Source: Takakia lepidozioides
Lineage: Eukaryota > Plantae > Bryophyta
Assembly: GCA_030704615.1 (NCBI GenBank)
Contig: CM060731.1
Span: 95,914,001 to 95,978,000 of the forward strand
Direction: 5' to 3'
DNA length: 64,000 bases
Position 1 is the first letter of the stretch, and each line of letters starts with the position of its first letter. This document shows positions 1 to 13,042 of this stretch, piece after piece. The notes under the pieces were generated by a model. It had not been told where the DNA came from. It ran no database searches and saw only the letters and a list, made by a program, of their open reading frames with translations. Position numbers and translations under genes: made by a program.

Positions 1-1771
1 TAACTGCAGCCCAGTTTGCCTGGGCATTGTCAGCCATGAAGCCCCTAAAATCGGGAGGGGGCAACTTGGCTCTCGCCATTTGCTCATTAATTCCGCGCCA
101 CATATGCAACTCCGAATCTGTGTCTTCTCCCTTCATTTCGCATAGCAATGGTCATCAACTTTCTGCAATGTGGGTCGTATACATGTGCCCCCATTGTCAC
201 CCAATCGTGGTTGGTAATTCGCCGGATGTGGTCGAACATGACCCAACAATTTGAAAGGTCTCCACTGGTCATCCGCTTCACCAAATCGACGCCGCTCCCC
301 GGTCCGCACGTTGACATCTTAAATATGAAGCACCTGTCCGTCTCCGAGCCTTGACCAGGAAAGAAGCTGCCTTGGATGAAGTCGTAGCCGCATGTGCGCT
401 TCACTTCCAAGATGGAGTGCATGTCTGATCCTCTTCCGATTCGTTTCTTGCAGCTGACAATGTGGTTCCTGACATTGGGGCTGCACACATGGGAGACAGC
501 TCTCCAGCAGGTCCTTCATGTCCCCCTCGCCAGCTTCTCTCTTGTGCTTCCGTCCTCCGACATTATTCTGCCAATTGCAATCCTATGTGCCGATGCGAGC
601 TGTATCTGCTTTGGTTTTGCACCCGGCCTCAACCTCACCTCCTCCTTGATAATATCCTGGGCTTGTTGAAAAGCGACTCTGCAATTGCCTCTGGCGAGGG
701 GGTGCTCATGCTTTCCGATGTGAATGCATGCTCTGGTGCACGCTGGCCGACGGTCCCGACGTAGTACTGCTTGGCGTTGCACACTGCCATGCACGTAGGG
801 GCTGCGTTGCAATGGGCACACTTGAACGTCCCTGCAGGAACTCTACCTTGAGGCCAAAATGGGTCGACGAATTGCCAATCCAGTCAGTCTCATTCCTGGT
901 GCCTTTGCTAGTGTAATGGTAACATGTGCTCGAGAAACATTTAAGATGCCCAGCACACAATACATATCTCACTCGAACTCCATCACCCAGGTTGGACGAT
1001 GAAGTTTTGGTGACACACCAGGTGGCCGTCATGTTTCCTGTTCATTCCTGCGAGCATGCCGTCTGGGCCTGCGCCTGCCGGCACTGGAGGGAACTCGTAG
1101 ATAGCATTCCCATCCACAACATCAGGCAAAGTTTCCACAGAATGGATTGGAGTTTTGTCGTAATCAAGCCTAAGAAGGTCACTGGAGCGGGAACCCGTTG
1201 TCTTCATCCTCCGCAATATGTCGATTACTGAGCGGACGGAAGTTGAGTCGGACGGTGTATGCTGAACACTCCTAGTGACGGACGACTTCGAAACATACGA
1301 TGGAAGGACCATACAGTCTTCATCGTCACTGGATAAGTCGTGGACGACTGTTTCCCTGTTTTCCTGGATTTCCCCTTTTCACATGTTTGGGCTTCTCTGC
1401 TTGTGAAGAGGTGCCCACATCCTTCACATCTTGCACGCCAGACCCTCTTGTGGAAGGAGGATCAACCAAGTTCCAGCGTGGGAACTCTTTAGGCACGATT
1501 TCACCAATGGCACTGTACCGGATGGATTCAGAAGCTGGGAGCCGCCACTCTTTTTGCCTTTTCCGAAATCTGCATGCAGAATGACGGCACTTTCCAGAAA
1601 ATTTCCATAAGCATCCTTCGTCTCCTCTTCCAAAAACACCGTTCCAGGGCGGAGCCCGAACTTCACACACAAGTACTGCTCAGTGACAATCGCAAATCCT
1701 TGGTCGCAGGGTATTTTAGCTTTCAGAGAATCAGGATGGAAGTACACGTTGACCCAAACACGGGAGTCCAT
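1..1771 (-). pseudogene. 5' part of the MULE transposase in copy 1, with several small indels (real decay or consensus error)
   Basis: Reverse complement of 20399-22172. The frame is broken into ORFs 1424-1876, 1326-1670, 983-1312, 706-1032, 516-821 and 87-488, which match consecutive pieces of the intact copy. Confidence 0.85.
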
Positions 1772-2019
1772 TTTGAAGACGGGACCTCTCGGTACGCTCC
1801 GCAGCGAAGTCCTGCAATGAGAAGAGTGTGTCCTACCTAATAACACAAATGATTTTCTGGAGGATTCCGTATCCAACAGGATGGGTGATCAGTGCACGTA
1901 AAGATGAAGGTGTGTAACGTACGTTAAAAAAACGGACGAAAACAGCAAGTTCACATCGGATATTTGGTGCCTGAATTGTAATGTACAACCACTTGGGTAC
2001 AATAAATCAGGCCTTCCCA

Positions 2020-3692
2020 TGAATTTCGGCACCGAAATCTGGATGAACATCTCTGTCATGTAACAGCTTTGGAAGCCAAGGGATGAATTCTGGCAACAGA
2101 AATCGTAATTTGTTTACCTCATTAAACTGACCAAGCACCCAACGGATGGATTTCGGTGCCGAAATTCGGATGAACTTCTTCTTCATTAAATTGTATCTGC
2201 ACATATGGGTTGAATTTAGATGCCAAAATACGGATGAATGTGTTCCTGATTACAGTCGTGATTGACCACGTGTCCGGATATCGGTGCCGACTTCCCGAAT
2301 GACAGTAATCCTGAATCGGCAGAATGGATGTATTTCGGCGCCGAAATTCATTCTTCATCTCCTTTTCCGACCCTAATTCTGCTGCCCTCTGCTGATGGAT
2401 TTATTTCGGTGCCAGAATTCATCGGAAGTCCTTTCTGTTTTTTATTTTTCTTTGCGACAGATGAACTTTGGCGCCGAATCTCATCCAAGTACTCCCTTTT
2501 AATTTTCCTTTTTCTTCGCGAGCAATGAATTTCGGCGCCGAAATTCAACCGAAATCCTCCCGATTTTTTTTTTTTTCTTCGCGAGCATTGAATTTCGGCG
2601 CCGAAATTCATTCCAAGTCCTCCCGAAATTTTTATTTTCCTTCGCGAGCAATGAATTTCGGCGCCGAAATTCATCCGAAGTCCTCCCGAAATTTTTTTTT
2701 TTCTTCGCGAGCAATGAATTTCGGCGCCGAAATTCAGCCGACTTCATCCCTCCAAATTCTTTTCAGGGTTTGAGCGCGGATTTCGGCGCCGAAATTCATC
2801 CAATGCCCTCCCTCCAATATTTATTTTTCTTTGAAATGGATCAATTTCTGTCCGCAATGAGTAACTCTAATATTACATTTTCTATGCGACGGATGAATTT
2901 CGGCGCCGAAATTCGTCCAAACCGGCACTTACTTTTTGCTTTTGGATGATAATTTTCCGTAAATCGTTGGAAATACCCCGTTCCGACGAATATAACAGGA
3001 ATATTCTGCATTTAATGGAGAAATCGGCATATTAAACCACTTCTGTCAAAATTAATTGCATTTTAGCCGTTTTTTTTCATTTGAAACCGACAGTATCCAT
3101 TAAGTGGTCTTTTTCGCACGGGACGTTGCCGCACATAAAGTATAATTTCGGCGCCGAAATTATAGTTAAATGTCCACAAATGGCAAGTCCAACAGGCATG
3201 GACAGCATCCGTCAGGGGCAATGATGGCGGCAAAGCGTAGCATGGTGCCAATTTAGTCTTCGCTCTGGATGAATTTCGGCGCCGAAATAATGATGATTTC
3301 ACCTCGTCTACGCGCGGACGGAGATATTCGTAATGAATTTCGGCGCCGAAATATGGATGAAATGTGCCCAAGTGCAACCGTTTTCACTGTCCCGGAATTA
3401 ATTCCGGCTCCGATATCCCACTGACAGGTTTGCTCATGACGGATGAGGACTTCGGAAGCGATGAATTGCGGCGCCGAAATTCGTAAGTTTGCGTATGAAA
3501 GCACTTGAATAGGATGAATTTCGGCGCCGAAATTCATCCGTCCGCTGTTGAAACGTACCGATCTGACTGTTGAATGTCATAGGCAGGGATTTTCTTGGCG
3601 GTTGGGTTTCATGATGTGCGGATATTTCATTCAATGCCGGCTGCTCCGGGAACAGCATCCGGTGTACGGAAGGTATTTCGGTGCCGCAATTC
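2020..3692. repeat. Array of palindromic ATTTCGGCGCCGAAAT motifs between the divergent genes (copy 1)
   Basis: At least 15 exact or near-exact copies, e.g. near 2331, 2527, 2590, 2653, 2715, 2780, 2895, 3145, 3271, 3335, 3463, 3513. The longest perfect palindrome is GGATGAATTTCGGCGCCGAAATTCATCC (~3512-3539). A ~63 bp tandem unit with a poly-T tract and TTCGCGAG lies at 2505-2800. Confidence 0.95.
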
Positions 3693-4199
3693 GGATAAAC
3701 CGTCTTGTACTGGTGGCTGGAACTGGCACGCGTCGTGTTCCAGTCGACTTCATCCGTGCGAACATGTCAGGGGTCACAATCTCTTCATCACCCATACGGC
3801 AAAAAGGTTGGACGGTGGCAACGCTTCGGGAGACGTGGCTGCTTACGCATCTGCTCGTGCATAGTGGTTGCATGTTCCACCGCTTCGCTCTCTCGCTCCT
3901 TGCCCTTCTGCAGTGACGTTCTCCTGCGTTTCCTCTCCTTATGCGGCATAGTGGTAGCATAGAGTTTGTGGAAGGTCAGGCGACTCCGGCAAAGAGGAGG
4001 ACGCGGGATTTTGGGAAGCCGCCGACGACACGACTTAAGCTCCGTCTCATGCATGAAATGCAGACCTCGTTATCCGGAGACTCGGATCGCCCACCAGTGA
4101 GAGATTCGTGCTTCGCGGATGTGAAGCACTCCATACGCAATATTCCTTTTACACCTTTTTTTTGGCGTGCAGTGTCTCATGTTTTCCTGTTTGTTTGAC

Positions 4200-7100
4200 A
4201 TGGGAGCTGGGGAGGGATCGCAGGGGGGCGAGGCAACACAGTCAACTTTGGATACTCCTGCCCGGGTGCTGCGCTCACAAGGTGGAAGTGCATCGAGGCA
4301 GACGAGTCCTCATTCAACACCTCAGATATCGCCTCCGAAAAGCCCACCTAGAGTTCGGAAGCCGAGAAAGCAGAAGGAGCCCATGGCTTCGCCAGTAAAA
4401 CCCCTAGGGAGACTGGAAGCGGAGATATTGGGTTTGCAGTCAATTTCAGAAAACACAGATGCGGTGGAGGCCGCTGGAGATGGGGAGTCGGATCTGCAGA
4501 AGGGCGGCCCATTCAACTGACAGAAGGAGAGGACGATAACGTGGTACGACTTGGCGACGATCAGAACCTGCTGGAGCTTGCGGAGGAGCAAAACCTCCAG
4601 GACAGTACACAGGCTGGTGAGAGGGGTGAGGGAAGTGACAGAGGTGATACAAGTAAGAAACTGGTGGCGGGTATGCTCATGAGCGCACGAGACATGAACA
4701 TAGCAGCAAACAGGTTGCTGGCAGAGACTCATAGCAACATAGGCCGCGTTTTGGGCTCCATGGTGTATCCGGAGAACCTCAAAGTTCCTTTGTGTCGCAT
4801 GGTAAGCCTTCCAGTTGTAAGGCAAGCACTGCCAGGGGATATCGATCGACTGAAGCACAACTTCAGAGAAGGGTACAGACGGGGGTCGGCAGCATTCTAC
4901 GTTTCCATTGAGAATGACCAGGGTGTCACAAGGGGCCCCACTGCAGAGGAGCTTCAGAATTGGGGCCCCCACTGGCACACTGTTAATGCCGAGTTTGAAG
5001 CCTATCTGAAGACTAATCCCACATTCGCACACATGGAAGGGAAGATGTTCTTCGTTTGGGACGGGAACCACAGGATGCTTGCCTGGACAGAGTACATTGC
5101 TGAAATGCATCCGCAAGATATCAGTTGGCATTACATGGTGGACTGCATTGTCGTGAAGGTGGACGTCAGGGACAGAGGACTGTTGAAGGGTGCCATGGCG
5201 GATATAAATCTGTAAGTATACAATTACATCCTTGTGTACTGCCTATTGCGGCGCCGAAATAGGCAATGTTCACCACTGTCATGCACTCTATGAACTGGAA
5301 ATTGGATTGCTGTGCCGAAATCATATTTTCATGTTGTTTTTTTTCTCCATGGCAGGGTAACAGAGAGGGCCTTCGTGGAAACTCATCTGGCACATACGCT
5401 CTACAGAGTGCAAGAAGTGGGGACAGCTCCGCTGACGGACTTCCAAAAGTCCCTCGATCCCGAGCTGTACAGGAAGTCCCTAGCGAAAGCAGATCGCACC
5501 TGGTACCGACCAACACTGGACGCCATGGTGGAGATCCTCTATTCGGTGAGGTTCATCTCAAATTTCAGTATCAATTTAATGTTATTTGTTGCAGGGATCC
5601 GTGGCCTGACTGTATCTGCTGGGTATGGGAATGCAGACGAACATCAGGGATGACTTGGCCTATGCCAAAAGGCAGTTCTTTGAGAATGATGCCCCCAACA
5701 AGGCGGACGCGTCGATAGAGAGTCATATTGTGCAGGCAGGGAAGCAATCCCGGACCAAGTACAGGTCCAAACTTGTTAAGCAAGTTGCAATCGCTGACCC
5801 TGGTCTTGGTGCCGAGTTCCTGGCGGAGATAGGACTGCATTACTCCAGACCCATGAAACCGGAAATGTCCATGGAGAAACTTCATCACATCGCAGTGTCC
5901 TGTGTTGAGCCGGCGGAGAAGGTAAGCATGTGTTTATTCTTGTTTTGTGACTTCTCGCGATTCTTATGTTGGAGTTCTTGTCTGACCGATGTGAGGTGGC
6001 TGCAGACGAGGTGGCTGCGAATCTGGAACGGCCATACAAACACGAAGCTGTTGTACCACTTTCCCATCGAGCCAACAGACGACAAAATGAACGACTGGCT
6101 CAATGTCATGACTTGGTGGCATCAGGTATAATTTTCTCCTATTCTGTGTTGGACATCGTCGCAATTTCAAAATCATGAATGTTTTGGAAACCTGCCATGA
6201 TGCAGGTACTGACCCACGCCCAGGAGCAATTGGACTGCAACACCACCACTTTCAAGTTACAGATCGACTGGACGAAGCCTGAGACAATGGAGAACTACGT
6301 GCAGTCGTGGCGAGGGCGCTTCGCAAACCTCTTTTTCAGAGAAATTGCAAAGGCAAGACGCAGCGTATACATCGAAGAGCAGGAGGGTGCCGACAAAGCG
6401 GCAATGCGTGTCCTGTTCAGGTAATCTGCTGACAATGCATCCCCCTATTTGCAGTTTAGATGATTTGGTTAAGCAGCGATGGATATTGCGGCGCCGAAAT
6501 ATACCTCTGCAAGATGTGAGTTCTGGGTAATTGGGGCACGGTCCACTCCGTATTTCGGTGCCGAAATACCTTGTGCATTGACAACTTCCACTTGCATGAT
6601 GCATCGGTAGAATGATTTTTGTTGAACTGCCTCGTGATTGCAGGTACATAAACTTTGCACTCATTCCGTCCGGAGCCATTCAAAGGGTTCCACCATTCTT
6701 CCTGGTGTGGAGGACACCTGGAGGTCGTGGAACGATGTACACAGAAGTAATGGCGAAGGAGTGGCATGCCGAGCATTTGGTAGATCTGCCCCTGGTATGT
6801 GGATCTCCCAAGTGGGACCGTTGACCTCTCGGAGGTTAACTTGAAGAAGGAAGCGAATGCCAGGGCTATGAAGGCGCAATCGGATCCCCAACCAGAGGAC
6901 GCGGTAAGACTGAAAGCAGAGGAGGCAGCCAAGCAGAAAGCACTGAGAAAGTCAGCCAAGGCGGCAGTGTTGGCGAAGGAGCAGATGGAGAAGCAGGCAG
7001 CTGAGCAGCCCAAGGACAGGAAGAAAAGAACGCGCAAACAGGGGCAAGAGATGAAGACCCCCACACCCAAGAAGAAGAAGCAGCAACACAGTCAGCCAGA

Positions 7101-9109
7101 TGAGGAGGATTCCGACGACGATTTCCAGCAGGAAAACACCCAGGGGCCACACCTCGTCCGAAAATTCACAAGGGCCAGCGCTCCGGGGGGTCGGCTGCGA
7201 AGAGATCACTATACGAGGATGCACCTGGCAGACCCTACCGTGCGGTGCACATTGCGGGCAGGGAAGTCCTCAAAACACCCACAATTGTGGAGTGTGTTAA
7301 TGAAAATTTCCTAACTGCTCTGACCAGAAGGCTGGAGATAACGAGATTGAGGAAGGCAATCGAGGCCCACCAGGGGAAGGGGAAGAGGAAGGCCACTGGC
7401 AATGATATGGAGGACACTCCTGGCTACACAAAGATGATGGAGTATTTTGTGGCGATGAGCCACGGCAAAAAGAGCACAGTCGGGGGCAGGGCGGTGAAAG
7501 CCTCCATCGACATGATCCTTGTGGATATCCCGGATGGGCAGGAGATACTGGGGCTGGGCTCAGTTCCCTGGTGGAACAAGTACGACGAAAGATACTGGAG
7601 CCACACATTCGGGTTCGCAGCCAACATGTTGGACGACGTTGGCTGTGTGTTTGTGCTAGCAGCCGATGGAGAAGTCACTGAGAATGATATCAAAGTATGG
7701 ACGGGGAGAAGTGCAGCACCCATCCTGAAAAAGATCTGGACTTGCATCAACACGCAGGGTCTTCTCAACGATGGCCAGAAGGTATGCTGTGGTTCTCCTC
7801 TGCTATGTCAATTTCTGCGCCGAAATTGCCCCTGTACGTGTAGGCCACCTCTGACGTTTTCATTTCCTTCTCTGCAAACTCTTATCTTTCAGGCATTTTG
7901 CTTCGTGAAGGAACATTCAAAATTCAAATTACGTGAAGCAGGAAGACTTGTTGATTCCACAGTTGATCCACTGGAGTATAACGTCCTGTTCAACCATGTG
8001 GGAGAGAAGGACATTCTTTGCGATTTGTCGGGCAAGCCATGGAGGTATGGCAGGACCAGGAGTCCTGCATTCATCCAGACGCTCATGGAAACGTGTACGG
8101 ATGTTGAAGGCAGGGTCCTTGACGTCACTGCAAATACAGGTGAGAACGTTAATTGAATGCGGCACCGAAATTGACACCATTTCCGTTTCTGTATGTTTGC
8201 TTGTGCGAGAAGCGACTCATTCTTGAGTTTGGCTGTGGTTGTGTCGTATGAATTCGCAGGTGCCTGTATGTGGGCGGGAAGGATGTCGAACCGATTTGTG
8301 TTCTCATTTGAGGGGGATACGGCCTTGTACGATTACAATTTGGCGGGCCTTCAGCGTCTGCCTCCGACTGAGGATCCCCAAAACGCAGAAGAGGACGTGG
8401 AAGGAGAGGAGGAAGATGAAGAGGAGGAAGTCCGGGAAATTCGTTCGATGCAGGGGCGCCCGAAGCCGCTTCCCCCAATGCCTGTCTTCGAGTGAGTTGC
8501 ACCATAGTAAGTGTATTGGTTTCGGTTGTAGGGACCATGCAACCTGCCGATGATTCCCTGTTTGAATTCTCTAATGTACTTCATTCTATGTTTGTGCGTA
8601 CACTCAGCCTTGCAAAGTCGTCCGACGAGGAGAAGCTGGGAGACTTGCTCGAATCGGACCCTGTTGCAGAGGAGGAGACAGAATCGCATCGGCCATTCTT
8701 TGCCAGAAAATCGTTTCTCGCGAGTCCCCAGAAGCCCTTTTTTCTACCAGCCTATGCAGACACGGCTGCCAAAGAAGCCATCAGGAGGGAGGATAGGCCT
8801 ACTCGGTTAGAGCAATTGACATACGGGAATGAGCAGAGAATTATAGTGAGGCGTGAGGCCAAACATAGAATTGTGAAAGGCAGAGTAGGGAAGTTCGTAA
8901 TAGAATCCGCGTCCGAGAGCGAGGGGAATGTTGAGGACACTTCCGCACCCAGGTGGACAGTTCCGGCTGGTGAGGATGGTATTTTTGAGGGGAGGGCTTC
9001 TCAGAGTATCAGCGGTAGCGGCAGTGCAGGTTCGGAGGCAGGTGGAAGGCAGCCATCCTTGCATGAGGGCGGGGATGCATCGGACAGTGATAGCGGATCC
9101 TCACCATAG
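4200..9109 (+). pseudogene. ParB-like/MTase-like gene of copy 1 (same 9 exons; three 1-bp indels and one acceptor AG>AA)
   Basis: Exons ~4200-5211, 5356-5545, 5637-5921, 6006-6125, 6206-6420, 6644-7781, 7878-8139, 8260-8491, 8608-9109. Frameshifts near 4482, 6785 and 7145 relative to copy 2. The acceptor at 7877 reads TGCAA versus TGCAG in copy 2; an in-frame AG at 7892 could rescue it. Confidence 0.75.
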
Positions 9110-9355
9110 CAAAGTCTCATTTGGATCCTTTTGTTGTACAGTTCTGAAACACTTAATGAAAATATTGACGATTTGAAAAATCATTGTGTTCAGACTCTTG
9201 TCCATTCCCTACATTTCTTCCGCCAACCAAAATCTATAATAAAAGCAGAAGAGACGCAAACTTCAGTGAAGAACCCTACAAGTAATTTATGCACACCATC
9301 GAGCCGAGAACTTGAAGCCATGAAAACCCTGCCGTTTCTAACATTCCTATTCGGA

Positions 9356-9636
9356 AATTTGGCGCCGAAATAGCCCAGTTTGCGCCTTCGTTATATGGGC
9401 CTCAAAAATTCCACGGATGAATTACTGCACCAAAATATTGCGATGGAAGCCTTCAGCACAAGGCACTTCACCACATTCCACTTGGGTATTTCGGCGCCGA
9501 AATTGCCCGTTCTGCGCCTTTAAATACCGCACTATATCACATTTTAAGAGGTAATTTCGGTGCCGAAATACCCCGGTGGATGTCTTCAAAACACCATTTT
9601 AGCACACTGCTCTTGGGAATAACGGCGCCGAAATTC
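9356..9636. repeat. Subterminal palindrome array, ~66 bp period (MTase-side end, copy 1)
   Basis: Motif copies at ~9356, 9420 (degenerate), 9488, 9554 and 9619, with diverged spacers. Confidence 0.85.
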
Positions 9637-9691
9637 CTCATTCCGCATCCTGGACCATAAAGGCAGGAAAATTCCAATTCCGCGGATGCCC

Positions 9692-9752
9692 GCTCATGAG
9701 CTCATAGGCTCATAGGCTCATGGGCTCATGCGCTCATGAAATAGTAAACCTC
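9692..9752. repeat. Terminal inverted repeat region with 8-bp GCTCATRN tandem units (copy 1 end)
   Basis: gctcatga gctcatag gctcatag gctcatgg gctcatgc gctcatga aatagtaaacctc. The same GCTCATG units occur at 12352-12412, 25218-25431 and 25900-25965. Confidence 0.85.
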
Positions 9753-11078
9753 AGAGGATTAAAACACCTGAGAGGCGATGAGGATTCTGATACAACTGTT
9801 TCTTCACCGAATTCTTTTGACATGGGAGAAGACTATGCAATTCAGATGACAGAGAAGAAGCGACGGGGGTCTCCTATGCCTGAAAGGTTACCTCGATATC
9901 AGCCTCCAGAGGGCCTCACTTATCCAGGTAGTGTTCAAACATCTCCGTCAACCAGAGACAGACCTCGGGCTCGTACACACAGTCCGCCACGAAACTCTCA
10001 ACGTCAGAAAGGTGCTCACTCACAAAGGTTTGCTAATCGCAATCAGTAAACCGTGAGGACACGGCTTTTTGAGAGGGGAAGGGGTAATGTTAGAGGACTG
10101 TCTGGGACTTAGACACTTATACGGGATCTGTAGGGTACCCTTAATTTTTGCACAGACTGAGACCAACAAGAGCCTTAAGGGTGACAGCAGCGCACTGTAG
10201 AGGGGGGTTACACAGCCCGTCACAGCCGTCACAGTCGTCACAGCCGACACAGCCAGACACAGTCAGCACAGCTCGTCACAGCCCGACACAGCCATCACAG
10301 CCAACACAGCCCGTCATAGCCGACACAGCCACACAGCCAGTCACAGCCCGACACAGCCAAACACAGTCGCACACCAATCACAGCCCGTCACAGTTTCACC
10401 CAGCCAGTCACAGCTTGACACAGCTGTCACGATCATAGGGAACGGAGAGCAGGACAGGGAACGACTGTGCGAAACAACACCTGCAAATGGAACATGTTAG
10501 TTCACGGACGACAGTTAGTGAGGGAAACGGTTAGAGCCACGGGTAGGAAGATAAAGGAGAAGCAAGGACTGAGTAGGGGGCTTTTTTGGGGATGATTCTT
10601 GGAAGCACATCAGGAGAGAGAGAGGATCGGGCGGAGAGTAAGAACGGAAGCAAAGATGGAGAGCACGGTGAAGGAGGAGAGATGATTAGTAAATGCTTGT
10701 TATATGCAAAACTGTAGTGATATTGTAGAGCAGATTAGAGACACAATGGCTTCGGCCTGATACCTGATAAATCATAATTTGATACTTATACGATACAACC
10801 ACACTGTGTAGAGAGATCTGAGTGAAGCTGTGGAATGAATGGATGGGTTGATGGAATCCGATAAATTGATGAAGCAAACTGATACTTAATTATCAATGGT
10901 AAGGTAGCTAACATGAATGCCAAAAGGGAAACAAAGAGGAAACACCCCCATGATACACTAGCTGTAGGTCATGACTGATTGTTCTGCACGGGCTGAGTAC
11001 TTAGAGATTTCCAACTCTTCTATCTTGGAGTTTCCGCCTCGGATAGCGAAGGGATGGGTGAGTAAAAGCCGCGCGACA
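9753..11078 (+). mobile_element. 3' end of a Ty3/gypsy element: tail of the 3' ORF, PPT (10071-10084) and 3' LTR (10088-11078)
   Basis: 9760-10087 matches 50274-50602. PPT GAGAGGGGAAGGGG precedes an LTR running TGTTAGAGGACTG...AAAAGCCGCGCGACA (TG...CA). Confidence 0.9.
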
Positions 11079-11696
11079 CAACTCTACTGCTTGCATTCAT
11101 TAAGCATCAACAGATCTCCCTCCTTCCGGTCAGAGATGCGCTCTCTCCTCCTTTCCTCCCGTGATGTCCGAAGTCCCTTCTCCAAGTGATCTCTCCCCCT
11201 TCTCCCAGAATTCCCCAAGAAGTGATGTTTCTCCCGTCCTCGCTCCTGGCTTTATCTTCCTACCCGTTGTTCTAACCGTTTCCCTCACTAACCGTCGTCA
11301 TCCGTGTACTAACATGTTCCATTCGCAGATGTTGTTCCCCACAATCGTTCCCTATCCTGCTATCCGTTCCCTATGGTCGTGACAGCTGTGTCAAGCTGTG
11401 ACTGGCTGTGCGACTGTGTTGGGCTGTGTCGACTGTGTCAAGCTGTGTCTGGCTGTGTCGGCTGTGTCGGACTGTGACGGGCTGTGTTGGCTGTGATGGG
11501 CTGTGTCGGGCTGTGACGAGCTGTGTTGACTGTGTCTGGCTGTGTCGGCTGTGTCGGACTGTGACGGGCTGTGTAACCCCCCTCTAAAGTGCGCTGCTGT
11601 CACCCCTAAGGCTCCTGTTTTTCTCAGTCTGTGCAAAAATTAAGGGTACCCCACAGATCCCGTATAAGTGTCTAAGTCCCAGACAGTCCTCTAACA
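11079..11696 (-). mobile_element. Truncated LTR (5' portion) of the same family
   Basis: Reverse complement matches ~50603-51123. It begins TGTTAGAGG at 11696 and is cut by the LTR ending at 11078. Confidence 0.85.
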
Positions 11697-12351
11697 ACAG
11701 GCAAACCGTGGCGGTACAGCCGGACCCGGAACCCTGCTTTCATCCAAACCCTCATGGAGACGTGCTCGGATGTCCAAGGGCGGATTCTTGACCTCACATG
11801 TGGCACGGGTAAGCCTTCACGTGCTCAGTTTGTCCCCTGGCCCGATTGCAATTGCATGCCACAAGCTATTAACCGCCCGCTTTGTTCCTCAGGTGCTTCA
11901 ATGTGGGAAGGGACGTTGTCTGACAGGCATGTATTCGCCTTCGAGCCAGATACTACCCTCCACAACTCGGAACTTGCAGCGGTTGAACGTCTGCCCAAAG
12001 AGGAAGAGGCATCCTCGGAGGATGAGGAAAAATCCGAGAGGAAGCAGGGGGAGGAACAAGTTGGGATCGAGGCCGAGGAGCCCCCGGTTTACGAGTGAGT
12101 GGTCGCATTGTAAGTTGCCTCCAGATTTTGTGAGGCACTCCTTCGCTCTCCTTATTTCATTGAAAACCCTTTCTCTGCTTCTGCTGGTATTGACATTCTT
12201 GAAGTGGATTTGTTCTTACTGTAGGATGCCAAGTACTGCAGGAGGACGTCTACACCGGAGTTATGGGCAGGAGGAACGTGCTTTTTTTTGCCAGGGGGGA
12301 TTTCATGCCTAGTCCAGAAAGGGACTACATCCTTCCTACTTATGCTGCACG
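11697..12351 (+). pseudogene. 3' part of a diverged paralogous MTase-like gene (older MULE subfamily)
   Basis: Translates GKPWRYSRTRNPAFIQTLMETCSDVQGRILDLTCGTG|ASMWEGTLSDRHVFAFEPD, with introns at the same positions (11809-11892; donor GA|GTGAGT at ~12094). It is truncated 5' by an LTR and interrupted 3' by MULE copy 2. Confidence 0.85.
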
Positions 12352-12515
12352 GAGGTTTACTATTTCATGAGCGCATGAGCCCATGAGCCTATGAGCCTAT
12401 GAGCTCATGAGCGGGCATCCGCGGAATTGGAATTTTCCTGCCTTTATTGACGGTGTTATGTCCTCTTACCTCGGTAATAGGGTCTGTTTCTCCTGGTCCA
12501 GGATGCGGAATGAGG

Positions 12516-12796
12516 AATTTCGGCGCCGTTATTCCCAAGAGCAGTGTGCTAAAATGGTGTTTTGAAGACATCCACCGGGGTATTTCGGCACCGAAATTAC
12601 CTCTTAAAATGTGATATAGTGCGGTATTTAAAGGCGCAGAACGGGCAATTTCGGCGCCGAAATACCCAAGTGGAATGTGGTGAAGTGCCTTGTGCTGAAG
12701 GCTTCCATCGCAATATTTTGGTGCAGTAATTCATCCGTGGAATTTTTGAGGCCCATATAACGAAGGCGCAAACTGGGCTATTTCGGCGCCAAATTT
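12516..12796. repeat. Subterminal palindrome array (MTase-side end, copy 2)
   Basis: Reverse complement of 9356-9636. Confidence 0.85.
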
Positions 12797-13042
12797 CCCA
12801 ATAGGAATGTTAGAAACGGCAGGGTTTTCATGGCTTCAAGTTCCCGGCTCGATGGTGTGCATAAATTACTTGTAGGGTTCTTCACTGAAGTTTGCGTCTC
12901 TTCTGCTTTTATTATAGATTTTGGTTGGCGGAAGAAATGTAGGGAATGGACAAGCAGTCTGAACACAATGATTTTTCAAATCGTCAATATTTTCATTAAG
13001 TGTTTCAGAACTGTACAACAAAAGGATCCAAATGAGACTTTG

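Larger units (their letters stand above)
1..9752. mobile_element. Second copy of the same MULE element in opposite orientation (copy 1), truncated by the window start
   Basis: 1-9752 is the near-exact reverse complement of 12352-22172 (paired ORFs have near-identical translations). It ends at the same terminus ...GCTCATGAAATAGTAAACCTC at 9752 and is followed by retrotransposon sequence. Confidence 0.9.

Noticed and set aside
2007-3658. Short ORFs with repeated NFGAEI / FRRRNS / ISAPKF
   Set aside because: These are the reading frames of the DNA palindrome; no coding evidence. The same applies to 18525-20162 and 24629-25163.
2020-3692. CRISPR array (palindromic repeat plus ~40 nt spacers)
   Set aside because: Eukaryotic intron-containing context and no cas genes. 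The repeat is a loopless perfect palindrome, several spacers are duplicates of one another, and the motif also occurs singly in introns.
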